Positions 21,242 through 21,435 of a stretch of 21,435 bases of DNA are shown piece by piece. The stretch's first letter is position 1. Each line of letters begins with the position of its first letter. Below the pieces are notes generated by a model. It was not told the origin of the DNA. It worked only from the letters and a program-made list of their open reading frames with translations, and searched no databases. A program made the translations under genes and the position numbers. Source of the DNA: a virus (Duplodnaviria; Heunggongvirae; Uroviricota; Caudoviricetes); the IMG/VR virus record IMGVR_UViG_3300042880_000509, one strand, 5' to 3'.

Positions 21242-21435
21242 TACCCTTTCTCTTTTGAATCGTTATAAACTTGTAGTGTTGCAGTACCACCGGTAGAAAA
21301 CCTATCAAAATTATTTTGGAACATTGATTGTATCTTCTTCATAAATTTTCTTTTTATTTCATGTAAATTAATAGAATCTTCATCACTAAATGGTTGTTTC
21401 ATTACTGTTGTAACCTTTAATATTTTTTCATCCCA
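21235..21435 (-). CDS. C-terminal part of a gene starting beyond the window
   Basis: Open frame WDEKILKVTTVMKQPFSDEDSINLHEIKRKFMKKIQSMF...KGYL, TAG stop at 21237-21235. Confidence 0.75.
   Translation of the reverse strand, partial: WDEKILKVTTVMKQPFSDEDSINLHEIKRKFMKKIQSMFQNNFDRFSTGGTATLQVYNDSKEKGYL

Noticed and set aside
21096-21296. Plus-strand 66-aa ORF
   Set aside because: Antisense to two minus-strand genes and their promoter
1-21435. Eukaryotic giant-virus origin
   Set aside because: Intrinsic terminators, overlapping ATGA/TAATG gene coupling, Bacteroidota-type promoters, SlyD and a PG-binding-like domain all point to a bacterial host; prophage or chromosomal location cannot be excluded from this window alone

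Overview
AT-rich (roughly 27-29% GC by eye), densely coding window that reads as an accessory region of a large tailed phage. A Bacteroidota host is inferred from TTTG-N19/20-TAnnTTTG promoters, A-rich starts without Shine-Dalgarno sites, and signal peptides ending in S-Q. About 40 short ORFs lie on the minus strand and 4 on the plus strand. The only firmly recognisable enzyme is a SlyD/SlpA-type FKBP prolyl isomerase. The main signal is a modular leader-plus-cargo array: about 29 of the 39 minus-strand ORFs with a visible start begin with one of a few related N-terminal peptides (MKRIVRLTESDLxRIVxRVxxE, MKIIITESQY, MNLQEQIRKVLREE), all containing (L/I)-x-E. The leaders are fused to varied cargos: 15 copies of one hypervariable helical domain, an ADP-ribosyltransferase-like domain, a Cys-His-Asp hydrolase-like domain and a peptidoglycan-binding domain. 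A TATTTAT box sits just 5' of 19 minus-strand genes. My inference is that the leaders are capsid-targeting, prohead-protease-cleaved peptides on a shuffled set of virion-packaged proteins; this is untested. The centre of the window (11.8-15.5 kb) also holds three copies of an A/T-tract motif with G-rich blocks (candidate packaging or terminus signal), a promoter-driven structured ncRNA candidate, and about 1 kb of inverted-repeat-rich non-coding DNA. All motif matches, alignments and counts were done by eye; no database searches were run.
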